From: Escherichia phage QL01
DNA length: 64,000 bases
Direction: 5' to 3' (one strand)
Sequence record: NC_028847.1
In this document: positions 50,788-61,374 of the stretch, piece after piece
Layout of the letters: every line of letters begins with the position of its first letter
Numbering within the stretch: position 1 is the stretch's first letter
Position numbers and translations under genes: made by a program
The notes under the pieces: generated by a model
What the model saw: the letters and a program-made list of their open reading frames with translations, nothing else
Told to the model about the DNA's origin: nothing
Database searches by the model: none

Positions 50788-53700
50788 ATGGCTACTTTAA
50801 AGCAAATCCAATTTAAAAGAAGTAAAGTAGCCGGTGTACGTCCGGCACCGGCCCAGTTGGCTGAAGGCGAACTGGCTATTAACTTAAAGGACCGTTTACT
50901 TTTTACTAAAGACGATACTGGAGCGATTATCGACCTTGGCTTTGCTAAAGGCGGTAATATCGACGGAAACGTTATTCATAACGGTAACTACACTCAAACC
51001 GGTAATTATAATCTGTCTGGTACTTTTACCCAAACAGGTAGTTATACGACATCCGGAAGTATAACAGCAAATGGTGATATTACTGCAAAATCTCGCCTAA
51101 TGACGGATATGGGCGAAGTTTTGGTACGTGGCAATGGTACCGCACATGTTCGATTCCAGGATTTAGCTGATGCGCGCGAAAGAGCTATAATTTATTCTCA
51201 AAACCGTACTGGGGATACCAAGCAAATCTTGAACGTTCGTGTTCAGGATTACACTAATTCGACATCTAATATTTTTGCATTCAACGGCGACGGTTTATTT
51301 TATGCTCCGTCTATTTCCGCCGGAACATCAGTAAAATCTCCGGTAATTTATACTAATACTGTTAATACAGACAGTAAGAATATTGGCGATTATGATATAT
51401 CTTCATTAGCAAATAATAATTCTGCCACGGATAAAAACTATTTGCGCGTTGTACGTACCGACCCAGCGTCTGCAATACTTCATGAAATTTGTGAAAATAA
51501 CGGTATCAGTTGGTATTCTGGTTCAACCCCTACTGATTATATGTTGTCTTTTGCTTATTCCGGTGGTTTTCAAGCAGGTCATTCGATTGCAGTAGGTATG
51601 GAATCAGGGCCTTTGACATATTCAACCTTAGGTAAAGGTTCTATTGTTCTTGGTGATAATGATACCGGGTTTAAATGGAAACAAGACGGCCTGTTCTATA
51701 CAATTAATAATGGAGCTTATACTTTACTTACAACTCCAACTGAAGTTACAAGCCTTAAACAGTTAGTTGCGGGTTATTCAACCAACGGTTCTGATTTAAT
51801 TCTTCCTACAACTCAAAACTATCCATTAGTTATTGTTAATACTACTAATGATAAAAACAGCTTCGGCGACGGTCAAACTCTTTTAGGTTATCACCAGAGC
51901 GGCAAATATCACCATTATTTTCGTGGCAAAGGTGTAACAAACGTTAACACCGCCGGCGGGTTGTTGGTTACTCCTGGTAACGTTGAAGTCCGGGGCGGTT
52001 CGGTTAATATTGATGGTCTCAGTAATGCTTCTACAGTGCTTTTTAAAGGAAATACTACAGGATATAGTTCAGTCGATAATATAGAGCTCAAAGTTTGGGG
52101 TGACACTTTTAATACGGTAGGTGGTTCTCGTAAAAACGTAATGGAAACATCTGATGCTACTGGCTGGATGCATTATATTCAACGAACTACAGAAGGTAAA
52201 GTCGAATCCTATTTAAATGGTACCATGAATGTAATTGAAGGATTGACTGTCAATCAAGATACATCCTTAAAACGTAATCTGTATGTTTCCAATGAAATTA
52301 AAGTTCGCGCTGCTAGTGGTCTTCGTATTTGGAACGATAAGTATGGTGTTATTTTTCGAAATTCGGAAGACCAACTGCATATTATTCCGACCAATGCCAA
52401 TGCCGGCGAAAGTGGTGGATTGGGCCCATTACGACCGTTAAGTATTACATTAGACACCGGCATAGTTAAAATTCCTAACTTAGCAGCCAACCAGGTTTCT
52501 TTTAGTAGCACAGGTGTATTGGAATTCATCGCCGGTAACGGTTCATCTTATGCTAACCAGAACACAACTAAAGCTCCATTGTATCAAACGCTTGGTTCTG
52601 CGACTCAAGCATTCTATCCTATTACTAAGCAGAAAAATACAGTTTCTAACGTAACTGTTACTCAAGGTATGGACCGAGCTACGAGCGAATACCGAATTGT
52701 TGCTCAAGGTGATTTGCTTGGTGATGGTGATGCTACAGGATTGCAATACTGGCGATTTACCAAAGAAGGTAACTTTATAACTCGGAACCGCTTATATGCC
52801 GGTACAGCTTTCATGAATACCGATGGTAATATTGCAGGTTCTATTTGGAACAAGTATAGCGGTGCTACTAACCTTGATGCTGCAGTGAATACTCGTGTTG
52901 GTAAAGGCGGCGATACAATGACTGGCAAATTAATCGTTAAAAGAGGCTCTGACGCTATTAACATTGCTGCCGATGAAAATGATTCTGCTTATTTACTTGG
53001 AACATCGGGTGGAGCGAATTCGTGGTACATCGGTAAAGGCGGAGCAGATGACACTGCTTCATTTTATAATTTCAAAACTACCGCAGGAATTACTCTTAAT
53101 AGTGTAGGCGATATTGATTTTAATGTTAAAAAACAATCTACTGCAGCTTCATTAAATTTTTATCGTTTATATTTAAACGGAAGACAGTGGACAGCTACTC
53201 AAGGCCACGGATATAATAATCAATGGCAAACAGAAGCCCCATTCTTCGTTGACTTTGGTGAATCTGTTCCGAAAGATAGTTATATGCCAATTATCAAAGG
53301 AAAAAGCCAAATCATTAACGAAGGATATGCCACAAAGGCAGATTTTGGTATTATTAGATTGGGCGGAGATGCTACTTGGGGAAATGCAGTAATTCGTGTT
53401 GGTTCTGCGGAAAGTGGAGATAGCAGTCATCCTAATGCAATATTTGTGTTTCAGGCTAATGGCGATTTTAAAGCTCCGGCTGGTCTTCGCGCTGGTGTTA
53501 ACTTGGGTGTCGGTACAATTCCAGCATGGGGCGGAGCATCTATCGCCATTGGGGACGATGACACCGGCTTGGTCCATGGCGGTGACGGCCGAATTAATAT
53601 GTATGCCAATAGTATGCATATTGCAAGCTGGGGAGCTGGTTACCATATCCATGAAGGTCTTTGGGATACCACTGGTGCCTTGTGGACTGAAACAGGAAGA

Positions 53701-54111
53701 GCTATTATTTCTTTTGGTCATTTAGTCCAACAAAACGATAGCTATTCAACATTTGTTCGTGACGTTTATGTTCGTTCTGATATTCGTGTTAAAAAAGACC
53801 TTGTTAAATTTGAAAATGCTTCACAGACACTTTCAAAAATTAACGGTTACACTTATATGCAGAAACGTGGCCTGGATGAAGAAGGTAATCAGAAATGGGA
53901 ACCTAATGCCGGTTTAATTGCTCAAGAAGTTCAAGCTATTTTACCTGAATTGGTTGAAGGCGACCCTGACGGTGAAGCTTTACTTCGTTTAAACTATAAC
54001 GGTGTAATTGGTTTAAATACAGCTGCAATCAATGAGCACACTGCAGAAATAGCAGAATTGAAATCAGAGATTGAAGAACTTAAAGCACTAATTAAATCAT
54101 TGTTAAAATAA
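50788..54111 (+). CDS. 37: Long tail fibre distal subunit gp37
   Basis: 1107 aa; C-terminal coiled-coil-like tail ...[18 protein letters not shown]. Confidence 0.9.
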   Translation: MATLKQIQFKRSKVAGVRPAPAQLAEGELAINLKDRLLFTKDDTGAIIDLGFAKGGNIDGNVIHNGNYTQTGNYNLSGTFTQTGSYTTSGSITANGDITAKSRLMTDMGEVLVRGNGTAHVRFQDLADARERAIIYSQNRTGDTKQILNVRVQDYTNSTSNIFAFNGDGLFYAPSISAGTSVKSPVIYTNTVNTDSKNIGDYDISSLANNNSATDKNYLRVVRTDPASAILHEICENNGISWYSGSTPTDYMLSFAYSGGFQAGHSIAVGMESGPLTYSTLGKGSIVLGDNDTGFKWKQDGLFYTINNGAYTLLTTPTEVTSLKQLVAGYSTNGSDLILPTTQNYPLVIVNTTNDKNSFGDGQTLLGYHQSGKYHHYFRGKGVTNVNTAGGLLVTPGNVEVRGGSVNIDGLSNASTVLFKGNTTGYSSVDNIELKVWGDTFNTVGGSRKNVMETSDATGWMHYIQRTTEGKVESYLNGTMNVIEGLTVNQDTSLKRNLYVSNEIKVRAASGLRIWNDKYGVIFRNSEDQLHIIPTNANAGESGGLGPLRPLSITLDTGIVKIPNLAANQVSFSSTGVLEFIAGNGSSYANQNTTKAPLYQTLGSATQAFYPITKQKNTVSNVTVTQGMDRATSEYRIVAQGDLLGDGDATGLQYWRFTKEGNFITRNRLYAGTAFMNTDGNIAGSIWNKYSGATNLDAAVNTRVGKGGDTMTGKLIVKRGSDAINIAADENDSAYLLGTSGGANSWYIGKGGADDTASFYNFKTTAGITLNSVGDIDFNVKKQSTAASLNFYRLYLNGRQWTATQGHGYNNQWQTEAPFFVDFGESVPKDSYMPIIKGKSQIINEGYATKADFGIIRLGGDATWGNAVIRVGSAESGDSSHPNAIFVFQANGDFKAPAGLRAGVNLGVGTIPAWGGASIAIGDDDTGLVHGGDGRINMYANSMHIASWGAGYHIHEGLWDTTGALWTETGRAIISFGHLVQQNDSYSTFVRDVYVRSDIRVKKDLVKFENASQTLSKINGYTYMQKRGLDEEGNQKWEPNAGLIAQEVQAILPELVEGDPDGEALLRLNYNGVIGLNTAAINEHTAEIAELKSEIEELKALIKSLLK

Positions 54112-54142
54112 TAAGAGGGGCTTAGGCCCCTTGGAGGTTTAT

Positions 54143-54940
54143 ATGGCAGTTGAAGGACCGTGGGTTGGATGGTCTGCAGTAGTTAATACCGGGCAAAACT
54201 GGATGGGCGGCGCCGCTCAACGATTGAGAATGGGTATTCCGTTTTGGATGAGTAATATGAACGGTCGGTCTGTTGAAGTAATTCACACAATAACAGCAAA
54301 CCATAACTTTAATGGCCAGTGGTTCCGCGACCGCTGTTTTGAAGCAGGCAGCGCACCTATTGTGTTTAATATCACAGGCGATATAGTATCTTACGACCGT
54401 AATGTTCCATTGTTCTTTATGAATGCCGACACACCTAATGAATATGTCAATTTGACTATTCATGGAGGCGTGCATATGTGGGGCCGAGGCGGCCACGGTG
54501 GGTGGACCCATTCAGGTGGCGACGGTAACGGTCAATGGGGTGGTGATTGTATAGTCAACCATATAGGTCATAGACTACGTATTTGGAACTATGGGGTTAT
54601 CTGTGGCGGTGGCGGTGGCGGTGGTGGCATTGCGTATCGTCCTCACTCAGGTGCTAACTGGCAAGATATCGGTGGTGGTGGTGGACGTCCATTTGGTCCT
54701 GGTGGCGGTGGTGGATACTCCGGTGGTGGTGCTTCTTATGAAAGCCCTGGCGGTGGATACGATTATGGTAATGCCCACTCAGGTCGTGGCGGTGATGCTG
54801 GCGGCGCTGGCGGCAACGCATGGAATGATGGTGGTAAAGTTCTTAAAGTTGGGGCTGGAGGCGGTTCTGGGGCTGCTGTTGCCGTTTCTGCTCCTGCATG
54901 GGGCGCGACAGGTACGATTTACGGTCCTTGGCTTAGTTAA
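54143..54940 (+). CDS. 38: T2-type gp38 receptor-recognising adhesin
   Basis: Start at ATG after GGAGG SD (track ORF begins at TTG); [20 protein letters not shown]...[27 protein letters not shown] matches recalled T2 gp38; poly-glycine motifs separate variable segments. Confidence 0.8.
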   Translation: MAVEGPWVGWSAVVNTGQNWMGGAAQRLRMGIPFWMSNMNGRSVEVIHTITANHNFNGQWFRDRCFEAGSAPIVFNITGDIVSYDRNVPLFFMNADTPNEYVNLTIHGGVHMWGRGGHGGWTHSGGDGNGQWGGDCIVNHIGHRLRIWNYGVICGGGGGGGGIAYRPHSGANWQDIGGGGGRPFGPGGGGGYSGGGASYESPGGGYDYGNAHSGRGGDAGGAGGNAWNDGGKVLKVGAGGGSGAAVAVSAPAWGATGTIYGPWLS

Positions 54941-54945
54941 GAATT

Positions 54946-54953
54946 TATAAATA
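54946..54953 (+). promoter_or_regulatory. Late promoter TATAAATA for holin t
   Basis: Exact TATAAATA about 19 nt upstream of t ATG. Confidence 0.55.
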
Positions 54954-54971
54954 TCTTTAAAGGAGAAAAGT

Positions 54972-55625
54972 ATGGAACCAAAAGTAGGAATATCATTATC
55001 AGACCTACTTTTTGGACTTCTTGATAGAATTTTTAAAGATACTTCTTCCGGGAAAGTTGTTTTTTCCCGGGTCCTAGTCGTAATATTATTGTTCTTTATG
55101 GCATTGGTTTGGTATAAAGGCGAGTATATTCTAAACTTTTATAAAGAGACTACTTATGCCTCTTATACTGAAATGATTAGACAAGACCAGGACAATAGAT
55201 TTAAAATTGCGGCTATCGAGCAGCTCCGAATAGTGCATTCTTCTTCAGGCGCAGACTTCACAGCAATATATTCTTTTAGACCGACCAACATGAATTATTT
55301 TGTGGATATGGTGGCTTACGAGGGTAAATTACCGGAAACGGTAGACGCAAAAAACACGGGAGGGTTTCCAATTGACAAAACGTCAGTAGAATATATGGCG
55401 GGAGTTAACGGGAACTATTTTGAATCAAGTACCGAAACTGTGTTCCTTCCTACAAAGAAGAAAACACAATTCACGTATATGTTTTCGTGCCCGTTTTTTA
55501 ATTTGGATAACGTCTACGCCGGCTCGATATCGTTGTACTGGTATGATATCAAACCGGATTTAGGATTTCCTAGACTTTCGTCTATGTGCGGTCAGGCTGG
55601 GAGGACATTAGGTCGAACACGTTAG
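54972..55625 (+). CDS. t: Holin T
   Basis: 217 aa (T4 T is 218 aa); single N-terminal TM segment; matches recalled T4 T (FKD..GKV..SRV.VVILLF, YSCPFFNLDN.YAG). Confidence 0.9.
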   Translation: MEPKVGISLSDLLFGLLDRIFKDTSSGKVVFSRVLVVILLFFMALVWYKGEYILNFYKETTYASYTEMIRQDQDNRFKIAAIEQLRIVHSSSGADFTAIYSFRPTNMNYFVDMVAYEGKLPETVDAKNTGGFPIDKTSVEYMAGVNGNYFESSTETVFLPTKKKTQFTYMFSCPFFNLDNVYAGSISLYWYDIKPDLGFPRLSSMCGQAGRTLGRTR

Positions 55626-55897
55626 AAATTGGAGGTATACATCATTAAGTAACGGTGTATATCTTCATACCCTTCATTAAATTGCTCAATAAGAGTGTCA
55701 CGTTCATCTTCAGTTAATGACTTAAATAATTTGTTATAAGACAAACCATTAAGTTCCTTTCCATGTTCATTACGAATACCCAACTCATTCAAAAAGGCAA
55801 TAAACTCATCACGACGTTGCATGATGTCTTCACAATCCGTTTTAATCAAAATGGAAACAATAGTAGCAATTTCGGAAACAATTTCAATTTTAGTCAT
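55622..55897 (-). CDS. asiA: Anti-sigma-70 AsiA
   Basis: 91 aa; ...IAFLNE.G.....K.LN..S..K....LT.E...TLI..FNEG.E....YL.MYT matches recalled T4 AsiA. Confidence 0.85.
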   Translation of the reverse strand: MTKIEIVSEIATIVSILIKTDCEDIMQRRDEFIAFLNELGIRNEHGKELNGLSYNKLFKSLTEDERDTLIEQFNEGYEDIHRYLMMYTSNF

Positions 55898-55938
55898 AAT
55901 ATTCTCTTCAATTCAGTACGTCATTATCTGATAGGGCT

Positions 55939-55967
55939 ATACTAACATATCCTTAGGGATTGTAAAC
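55939..55967 (-). promoter_or_regulatory. Early promoter for asiA (GTTTAC, 17 nt, TAGTAT)
   Basis: Canonical spacing; -35 overlaps end of upstream small ORF. Confidence 0.5.
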
Positions 55968-56111
55968 ATGTCCTTCGTTCTTTTTAACATATTCTTGATA
56001 CATCTCTTCTATTGGTTCCTGGAACTTAAAATCAGCTCCCAGGAATTCCTCAAAGCACTCCTGATCACGCGTACGCATGCCTGTTACGGTATTCTCTAAG
56101 TTATGACTCAT
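55953..56111 (-). CDS. Possible small ORF (52 aa)
   Basis: MSHNLENTVTGMRTRDQECFEEFLGADFKFQEPIEEMYQEYVKKNEGHVYNP; under 60 aa; no strong SD. Confidence 0.3.
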   Translation of the reverse strand: MSHNLENTVTGMRTRDQECFEEFLGADFKFQEPIEEMYQEYVKKNEGHVYNP

Positions 56112-56200
56112 AGCCTTTACCCTTATGTTTCTGTTTACGTTTAGACTCTTTAAAGTTTTTCTTCTTATCCTTATGGACAGAAGCCTTATTGAAATCGTGC

Positions 56201-56482
56201 TTAGCTACCAGATTGTTCACGTAATTTCCTTAATTGATATTCAAGAGAGCTGATAATTTCTTTATTAGTTGCAATATACATATCACGTAGGAACGGCTTC
56301 AACCCTTCCATATTACCATGGATTGTCTTAGAACTAATATTCTTTATATATTCGTGGTCTAAGGCATCCCAAGCCGGTTGGTTGACATAAGTTCCCCAGT
56401 TGTCTTCCACCATGACATTAAGACGTTTAACATGATTAATATGGGCTTCGATTGCATCAATCTGGAGTTGTTTAAGATTCAT
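56201..56482 (-). CDS. Hypothetical protein
   Basis: 93-aa ORF coupled to upstream gene. Confidence 0.5.
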   Translation of the reverse strand: MNLKQLQIDAIEAHINHVKRLNVMVEDNWGTYVNQPAWDALDHEYIKNISSKTIHGNMEGLKPFLRDMYIATNKEIISSLEYQLRKLREQSGS

Positions 56483-56970
56483 TAGTAAAGGTCCTCAGAG
56501 TAAAGTTCTTTTTCACTGCCACCACGTTCAATACGAACTTGATTAGCATAAGTCGCAATAATCATTGCTTCTTCGCGAGTCCAATAGTTTGAATATTGGT
56601 CAATAAATCCTTGGTCATCACCACAAACATGGTCTGATACAAGTTTATCACTTACCTGGTCGAGAACTTCAGCCATATCTTTAGAATAATGACGAGCACC
56701 AGGAATAACCAGAGTCCCACCGTCTTTTAACTTAAAGCGGTTGGCTGCACACACAATCCGACGCTGATATTTTTCATTGTTGTTCCAATGAGCAATCTGC
56801 CAACAGATTTCAGGAACCTCTTCCAGAACATCCTCTTCCGTATATTCGGTGTAGTCGCCATAGGCCTGTAATTTAGCTGCTAGACTTTCGGGCGTCTCAC
56901 GAGAAAGTGCTTTATCTAATAAAGCCAGACGGTGTTTAAAGGATAATTCTTTAGCTTTTAATGGATTCAT
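56482..56970 (-). CDS. Hypothetical protein
   Basis: 162-aa ORF. Confidence 0.5.
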   Translation of the reverse strand: MNPLKAKELSFKHRLALLDKALSRETPESLAAKLQAYGDYTEYTEEDVLEEVPEICWQIAHWNNNEKYQRRIVCAANRFKLKDGGTLVIPGARHYSKDMAEVLDQVSDKLVSDHVCGDDQGFIDQYSNYWTREEAMIIATYANQVRIERGGSEKELYSEDLY

Positions 56971-57125
56971 TTGGATTCCTCGACACTTTTGATTTTTATA
57001 GCTTTTTCGGAACTTTCAAAGCATTGACAATATACCCTTACCGCATCAAATTGGTTAGCCGCTTTAAGATGGACCACCACACCTTCGCCGTTATAAAATT
57101 CTGCGACAATTTTAAATGTTTTCAT
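56967..57125 (-). CDS. Small ORF (52 aa) bridging two genes
   Basis: ATGA overlaps at both ends; [52 protein letters not shown]. Confidence 0.4.
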   Translation of the reverse strand: MKTFKIVAEFYNGEGVVVHLKAANQFDAVRVYCQCFESSEKAIKIKSVEESK

Positions 57126-57451
57126 TTGAACCATCCTTTAACACGTTGCCATAAAGTTTTCTGTTGAGCTTTATTAACACCAATTGAACGAATAACAGGT
57201 TGTGATTCCTGGTATTCTTTGTAGTCCGCTTTATAGACTTCATAAGCGGCTGGAATAAAGGTGCTGATTGCCGCCATAAAGTTTTTACGAATTCCCATAG
57301 AAGCTTCAGTACCACCACGGATGATTAGGTATTTACCGGCTTTAATCTTAACAATAGTTCCAAGATAAGCGCCATGGTACCAAATATCCCAACCTTCTTG
57401 AGTAGGTTCTGCACAACGACGAAGTTCATTAACAATATTCAGCTTGTTCAT
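57122..57451 (-). CDS. Hypothetical protein
   Basis: 109-aa ORF immediately downstream of motA. Confidence 0.5.
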   Translation of the reverse strand: MNKLNIVNELRRCAEPTQEGWDIWYHGAYLGTIVKIKAGKYLIIRGGTEASMGIRKNFMAAISTFIPAAYEVYKADYKEYQESQPVIRSIGVNKAQQKTLWQRVKGWFK

Positions 57452-57461
57452 AATAATTTCC

Positions 57462-58094
57462 TCAGATTGCGTTGGTTACGGTTTTGATAACTTCAGATGA
57501 TACGTTTTGGAAGTCGATATAAGTATTCTTACCACCAGTCTTAATCTTAACATCAAGATTCAAGGAAGTAAACACTTGTTTTTCTTTATCAGTCATATTA
57601 TAACCGAAGATACGCATCATTCCATCACGACGGACTTCGATTTGACGAATACCGTTGGTACGTTTAGCGAATCGAACTTCAAGGTTGCTACGGTTTTCAG
57701 CAATTTCACGAATCTCGATACGGTCTTCTAATAAAGCTTTAACTTCATCAGCCAGTGTTACCATTTCAGGAGTAACACCACGTGAACTACGCGTTTTACG
57801 TTTTTCCAACATCTCTGGAGCATTTTCAGAAGCGAACAAGTCAGCAGCTTTTTGAACTAGGTCCATTGCTTCACCTGTAGCCACTAGTCCGTCACCAGAT
57901 TTTTCGATGAATCCTTTCTTAATTAATACACCGATATTAGAGTTAACTACCGCAGCACTAAATTGCTCACTCAGGGCTTCACGGACTTCGCCTGAAGTGA
58001 TGAAGTTATGCTTGATGATATGTACTAAGATCGAAGCCGTTTTTTCATTCAGGGCGTCTTCAGAAGCTTTGATGATATAAGTAATTTTAGACAT
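57462..58094 (-). CDS. motA: MotA middle-transcription activator
   Basis: 210 aa (T4 MotA is 211 aa); MSKITYIIKAS...VNSNIGVLIKKGF.EKSGDGL matches recalled T4 MotA. Confidence 0.9.
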   Translation of the reverse strand: MSKITYIIKASEDALNEKTASILVHIIKHNFITSGEVREALSEQFSAAVVNSNIGVLIKKGFIEKSGDGLVATGEAMDLVQKAADLFASENAPEMLEKRKTRSSRGVTPEMVTLADEVKALLEDRIEIREIAENRSNLEVRFAKRTNGIRQIEVRRDGMMRIFGYNMTDKEKQVFTSLNLDVKIKTGGKNTYIDFQNVSSEVIKTVTNAI

Positions 58095-58128
58095 TTTAAT
58101 CTCCGATAACCATTTATTTGATAGGTCT

Positions 58129-58157
58129 ATAGTACCATGTTTAAAGCAGAAGTAAAC
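58129..58157 (-). promoter_or_regulatory. Early promoter for motA (GTTTAC, 17 nt, TACTAT)
   Basis: Canonical T4 early promoter spacing. Confidence 0.5.
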
Positions 58158-58174
58158 TCTTTTTGCACTAAACC

Positions 58175-58200
58175 CAAAAAAGGAACCCGAAGGTTCCTTA
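58175..58200 (-). terminator. Rho-independent terminator after gene 52 and the small membrane ORF
   Basis: AGGAACC-CGAA-GGTTCCT; minus-strand hairpin followed by UUUUUU. Confidence 0.6.
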
Positions 58201-58302
58201 CTTTTTAAAGTTGGCTGCTATTAAACCTATAGCTAAGCCTGTCGCCAGGCCTAGGATAACAGCAAAGATACAGAGTAACAAGAACTCGACTCCAAGGCTC
58301 AT
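58198..58302 (-). CDS. Possible 34-aa hydrophobic peptide
   Basis: ATGA overlap with gene 52 stop; MSLGVEFLLLCIFAVILGLATGLAIGLIAANFKK. Confidence 0.4.
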   Translation of the reverse strand: MSLGVEFLLLCIFAVILGLATGLAIGLIAANFKK

Positions 58303-59627
58303 AGAGCCTCCAAATCTTTAACATACTCGGTTACAACATCAGTGGTTTTCCAATATTGATGCTCTTCTTTCTTAGCCTTGGCTTCCAAAGCCAGTTTCTT
58401 GGCTTCATCAGAAGTGATATGGAAAATGTTCATGGCCACTAGTTTATCGGCATATTCGCCATAGACTTTATTACCGGTCAATTCTTCGGTTAAAACCTTA
58501 CGGGTCTTACCTTGGATAACCACTACACCATCAATAACATCTTTGATAAATGTGGCTTTAGCCAATGCCAGTTTGAAAGCTTCTTCAGTTTCGATGATTT
58601 TACCATCAATACGTTTCTGTACAAAGGTCTTACGGACCTCAACGAAATCACGAATCAGTTCAACTGCATCTTCGTAAACCTTAAGTTTACCTTTTTCATT
58701 AATGACAGTCAGGTTTTGTGAACGACGTTCGATTAACCCGAAGTCCTTCATGATTTTTTCATGCTTCTTGTTTTCATCAGTAGGCAATTCGTATTCTTTA
58801 CGAATCTTAACCTTGAAGCCGAAACCATTCTCATCACAATCATCATCGTATGTGATATACCCTTTGTCTTCCAGAGGGTCTAATACCTTAGCCACATATG
58901 TTTCACGGTCGTATTTGTATGGGATTTCCGTGATATGCATTTGGGTTCGGGATGTGAACTTATACGTTCCACGAATCTCATAACTACCAGGTTCAATCTC
59001 AACAACTTCACCACGGAATTCAGGATAAGCCACTTTGGGTTTGGTTACTCGTTTTTCCTGAAGAACTTGCAGTACAGCTTTCTTAACAGAATCAAAACTA
59101 TGAGGAAGAATATTAGTTGCATAACCAGTTGCAATACCGGAAACGCCATTAAGAAGAACAGTAGGAATAATAGGCAGATAAAAAGCCGGTGGCTTATGTT
59201 CAACATCCGCATGAACCGGAGCATATTCTGTGTCCTTATAAACTTTTGCAAAGTTACTTCCAATACGAGCAAAAATATAACGAGAGGCTGCAGCTTTTTG
59301 AACCAATCGGGAACCAAAGTTACCTTGACCGTCTAACATTGGATAGTTGTTGTTCCATGTGTTAGCCATCAAAGCCCCTGCTTCCTGAGCAGAACCTTCA
59401 CCGTGGTGATATCCGAGGTCGGCTACACCACCAGCGATAGAAGCCAGTTTGTGGAATTTTTCTTTATTACCACGAGCCATATCAAGACAACGAGCCACTA
59501 CAAAACGTTGTACAGGTTTAAAGCCATCAATCATATTTGGAATGGCTCGGTTTTCGACAGTATACATTGCATAAGCCAATGCTTCGTTGTCGATAATACT
59601 TTTTAAACCACGAGATGTTAATTCCAT
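58299..59627 (-). CDS. 52: DNA topoisomerase II medium subunit gp52
   Basis: 442 aa (T4 gp52 is 442 aa); GyrA-like N-terminus. Confidence 0.95.
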   Translation of the reverse strand: MELTSRGLKSIIDNEALAYAMYTVENRAIPNMIDGFKPVQRFVVARCLDMARGNKEKFHKLASIAGGVADLGYHHGEGSAQEAGALMANTWNNNYPMLDGQGNFGSRLVQKAAASRYIFARIGSNFAKVYKDTEYAPVHADVEHKPPAFYLPIIPTVLLNGVSGIATGYATNILPHSFDSVKKAVLQVLQEKRVTKPKVAYPEFRGEVVEIEPGSYEIRGTYKFTSRTQMHITEIPYKYDRETYVAKVLDPLEDKGYITYDDDCDENGFGFKVKIRKEYELPTDENKKHEKIMKDFGLIERRSQNLTVINEKGKLKVYEDAVELIRDFVEVRKTFVQKRIDGKIIETEEAFKLALAKATFIKDVIDGVVVIQGKTRKVLTEELTGNKVYGEYADKLVAMNIFHITSDEAKKLALEAKAKKEEHQYWKTTDVVTEYVKDLEAL

Positions 59628-59631
59628 AATT

Positions 59632-59772
59632 TTACCATACTAGTGAATGAATAGCCATAATAACATCGGAAATAAAAAGCACAACTTGGATAAGTCCGAA
59701 CATTACTCCGTAATACAGCGCTACTAATAAAGCAGCAAGGGCTAACGAGTAGCCCAGGATTTTATTAATCAT
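59632..59772 (-). CDS. Possible small membrane protein (46 aa)
   Basis: Track ORF starts at TTG; internal ATG overlaps end of upstream small ORF; one TM helix. Confidence 0.4.
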   Translation of the reverse strand: MINKILGYSLALAALLVALYYGVMFGLIQVVLFISDVIMAIHSLVW

Positions 59773-59926
59773 TTTTAATCGTCTTAAGTAAACCGACAAA
59801 AGTAGAAAGAACCCAACCAATAAGCAGAAAACTTAAGAATATCGGACCAGGGGCCCACACACCTAAAAAGAAGCAAACTGAACAGACTATAGCCATAATA
59901 AGTTCAATAAAAACTAGGATAACCAT
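59765..59926 (-). CDS. Small membrane protein (53 aa), possibly ac-like
   Basis: MVILVFIELIMAIVCSVCFFLGVW...; SD GAGGAAAAT; lies between stp and gene 52 where T4 has ac. Confidence 0.4.
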   Translation of the reverse strand: MVILVFIELIMAIVCSVCFFLGVWAPGPIFLSFLLIGWVLSTFVGLLKTIKND

Positions 59927-59936
59927 ATTTTCCTCA

Positions 59937-60014
59937 TTAGCGTCCGAAGACGCCTTTAGTTTTAAGATTGTTACGATAGAACTGCATCACATGCTCGTTA
60001 TGGAAATTACTCAT
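59937..60014 (-). CDS. stp: Stp peptide (25 aa)
   Basis: [25 protein letters not shown] matches my recollection of T4 Stp except for the last residue; ATG overlaps ndd stop (TAATG); coding sequence contains a GCGUCUUCGGACGC hairpin. Confidence 0.8.
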
Positions 60015-60463
60015 TAGTAAGCCTGCAGGATGAATTTAAAGTTATCAGCCAACATACGGTTCATTTCTTCCAGTGTCTGGAGGTCGGAACTATGATTACG
60101 AGTGAAAGCCATTGCAATTTGACCCTTACCAAAACCTGTAGTCAGGGGTTTCATCTTAGAAGCCGGTACATAAAGAACTTCATACACAACACCGTTCACT
60201 GCCATAGTGCGAGCTGATTGAGAACGTTTCTTACGAATGTTAGCCACGATACCGTCGAGCCCTTGGGCCGAACGTTGATTACCGACATAAAAACGAGCCG
60301 CTACGACACGAGAATCAGCGCCGCCTTTAACAAAGAAGTAGAAGCCTGGCTGAGCAGAGATTTCTTTAGAAGGTTTACCATTTTGGTATTCACCGTTCTT
60401 AACATAAGCAACAGTAGTAGCACCAGCAGACAGAACGTTACGGCGAGTCATATAAGTATTCAT
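60014..60463 (-). CDS. ndd: Nucleoid disruption protein Ndd
   Basis: 149 aa; ...[12 protein letters not shown]......[58 protein letters not shown] matches recalled T4 Ndd. Confidence 0.85.
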
Positions 60464-60540
60464 ATCAATTTCCTCAGTAGATTAATGTTTTGTTATCCGG
60501 TCAACGAGAACCATTATAACATGATTCTCGAGGTTGTAAA

Positions 60541-60885
60541 CTATTTTTGTAGCTGTTCTAAAATAAATCCGCTGGTGTAAAGGCTTGCATTATACAGGCG
60601 GTCAAGAGACAACGAATCCAATCCATAAGCTTCGCGAATTGCATTGATAGCACTCTCATAACTTGTATAATAAACATCGCGATAATCGCGGTCCATAGTC
60701 ATGCGGAACTTAATAAATTTGTAGAAACCAGTTTCAGGGTCCTGATAGAATGCAAATTCTGCAGACGCTAAATTTTTAAGGTTAACAGCTTTTGTGTCGC
60801 CTGAATAACTTAAATCAAATGTTTCTGACATGCTAATCTGTTTAAAGAACATAATGTTGCGATTACCAAAAAATAATTTAGACAT
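60541..60885 (-). CDS. Hypothetical protein
   Basis: Start at internal ATG after SD AAGGAAAATATT; 114 aa. Confidence 0.5.
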   Translation of the reverse strand: MSKLFFGNRNIMFFKQISMSETFDLSYSGDTKAVNLKNLASAEFAFYQDPETGFYKFIKFRMTMDRDYRDVYYTSYESAINAIREAYGLDSLSLDRLYNASLYTSGFILEQLQK

Positions 60886-60895
60886 AATATTTTCC

Positions 60896-61108
60896 TTATT
60901 CAGCGTCAACAGAAATAGCCATCAGTTCATCAACAGTAAGGCATTGCACACTAGGGCCTACACAAAAACGCTTAGTTGAATCATAAAGGTCTGTAGCATT
61001 AACAGGTTGTAATTCAGTCCCAACTTGCAAAGGAGAAATGCGAATCAGTTGTTGGCCATTATGCAATACAAAGCTCTCGCCGACTACCACATCTTTAAAA
61101 AGTTTCAT
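60896..61108 (-). CDS. Hypothetical protein
   Basis: Start at internal ATG after SD GAGGAAAATATT; 70 aa. Confidence 0.45.
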   Translation of the reverse strand: MKLFKDVVVGESFVLHNGQQLIRISPLQVGTELQPVNATDLYDSTKRFCVGPSVQCLTVDELMAISVDAE

Positions 61109-61374
61109 AATATTTTCCTCAGAAGTTAAAGAATACACGTACATGGTCAATCATAAAAACGATTGGGAAAATGCTCAATACCATTAACAACACAAACATG
61201 TTCCAAATTGCTTTAAGTAAGTTTTTCATAATCATCTCCATTAGTTGATAGGTCTATAATATCATGATTAATGGAGATGTATACTGATTTATGCCAATTT
61301 CCACAACAATAAACTAAAACATACGCAAATCACTGGGATACAGGCCATCCAAATAAGGCACCACATTTTGCTAC

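Noticed and set aside
53173-53721. 182-aa minus-strand ORF inside gene 37; also 51915..52964 small minus ORFs
   Set aside because: Antisense to a long, well-supported tail fibre gene; no signals
54600-54860. Short GGTGGCGGTGG-type repeats that could be mistaken for a repeat array
   Set aside because: They encode poly-glycine motifs within gp38; not regularly spaced with unique spacers, so not a CRISPR or tandem repeat locus
54591-54950. 119-aa plus-strand ORF overlapping gp38 in another frame
   Set aside because: Arises from the GGT/GGC-rich glycine-run region read out of frame; no RBS
56112-56228. GTG-initiated 38-aa basic ORF after SD AAGGAAA
   Set aside because: Overlaps the 3' end of the 93-aa gene out of frame, non-ATG start, no conservation evidence; too speculative
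61150-61233. Possible 38-aa hydrophobic ORF upstream of the gene ending at 61108
   Set aside because: Start and stop could not be anchored reliably and there is no clear SD
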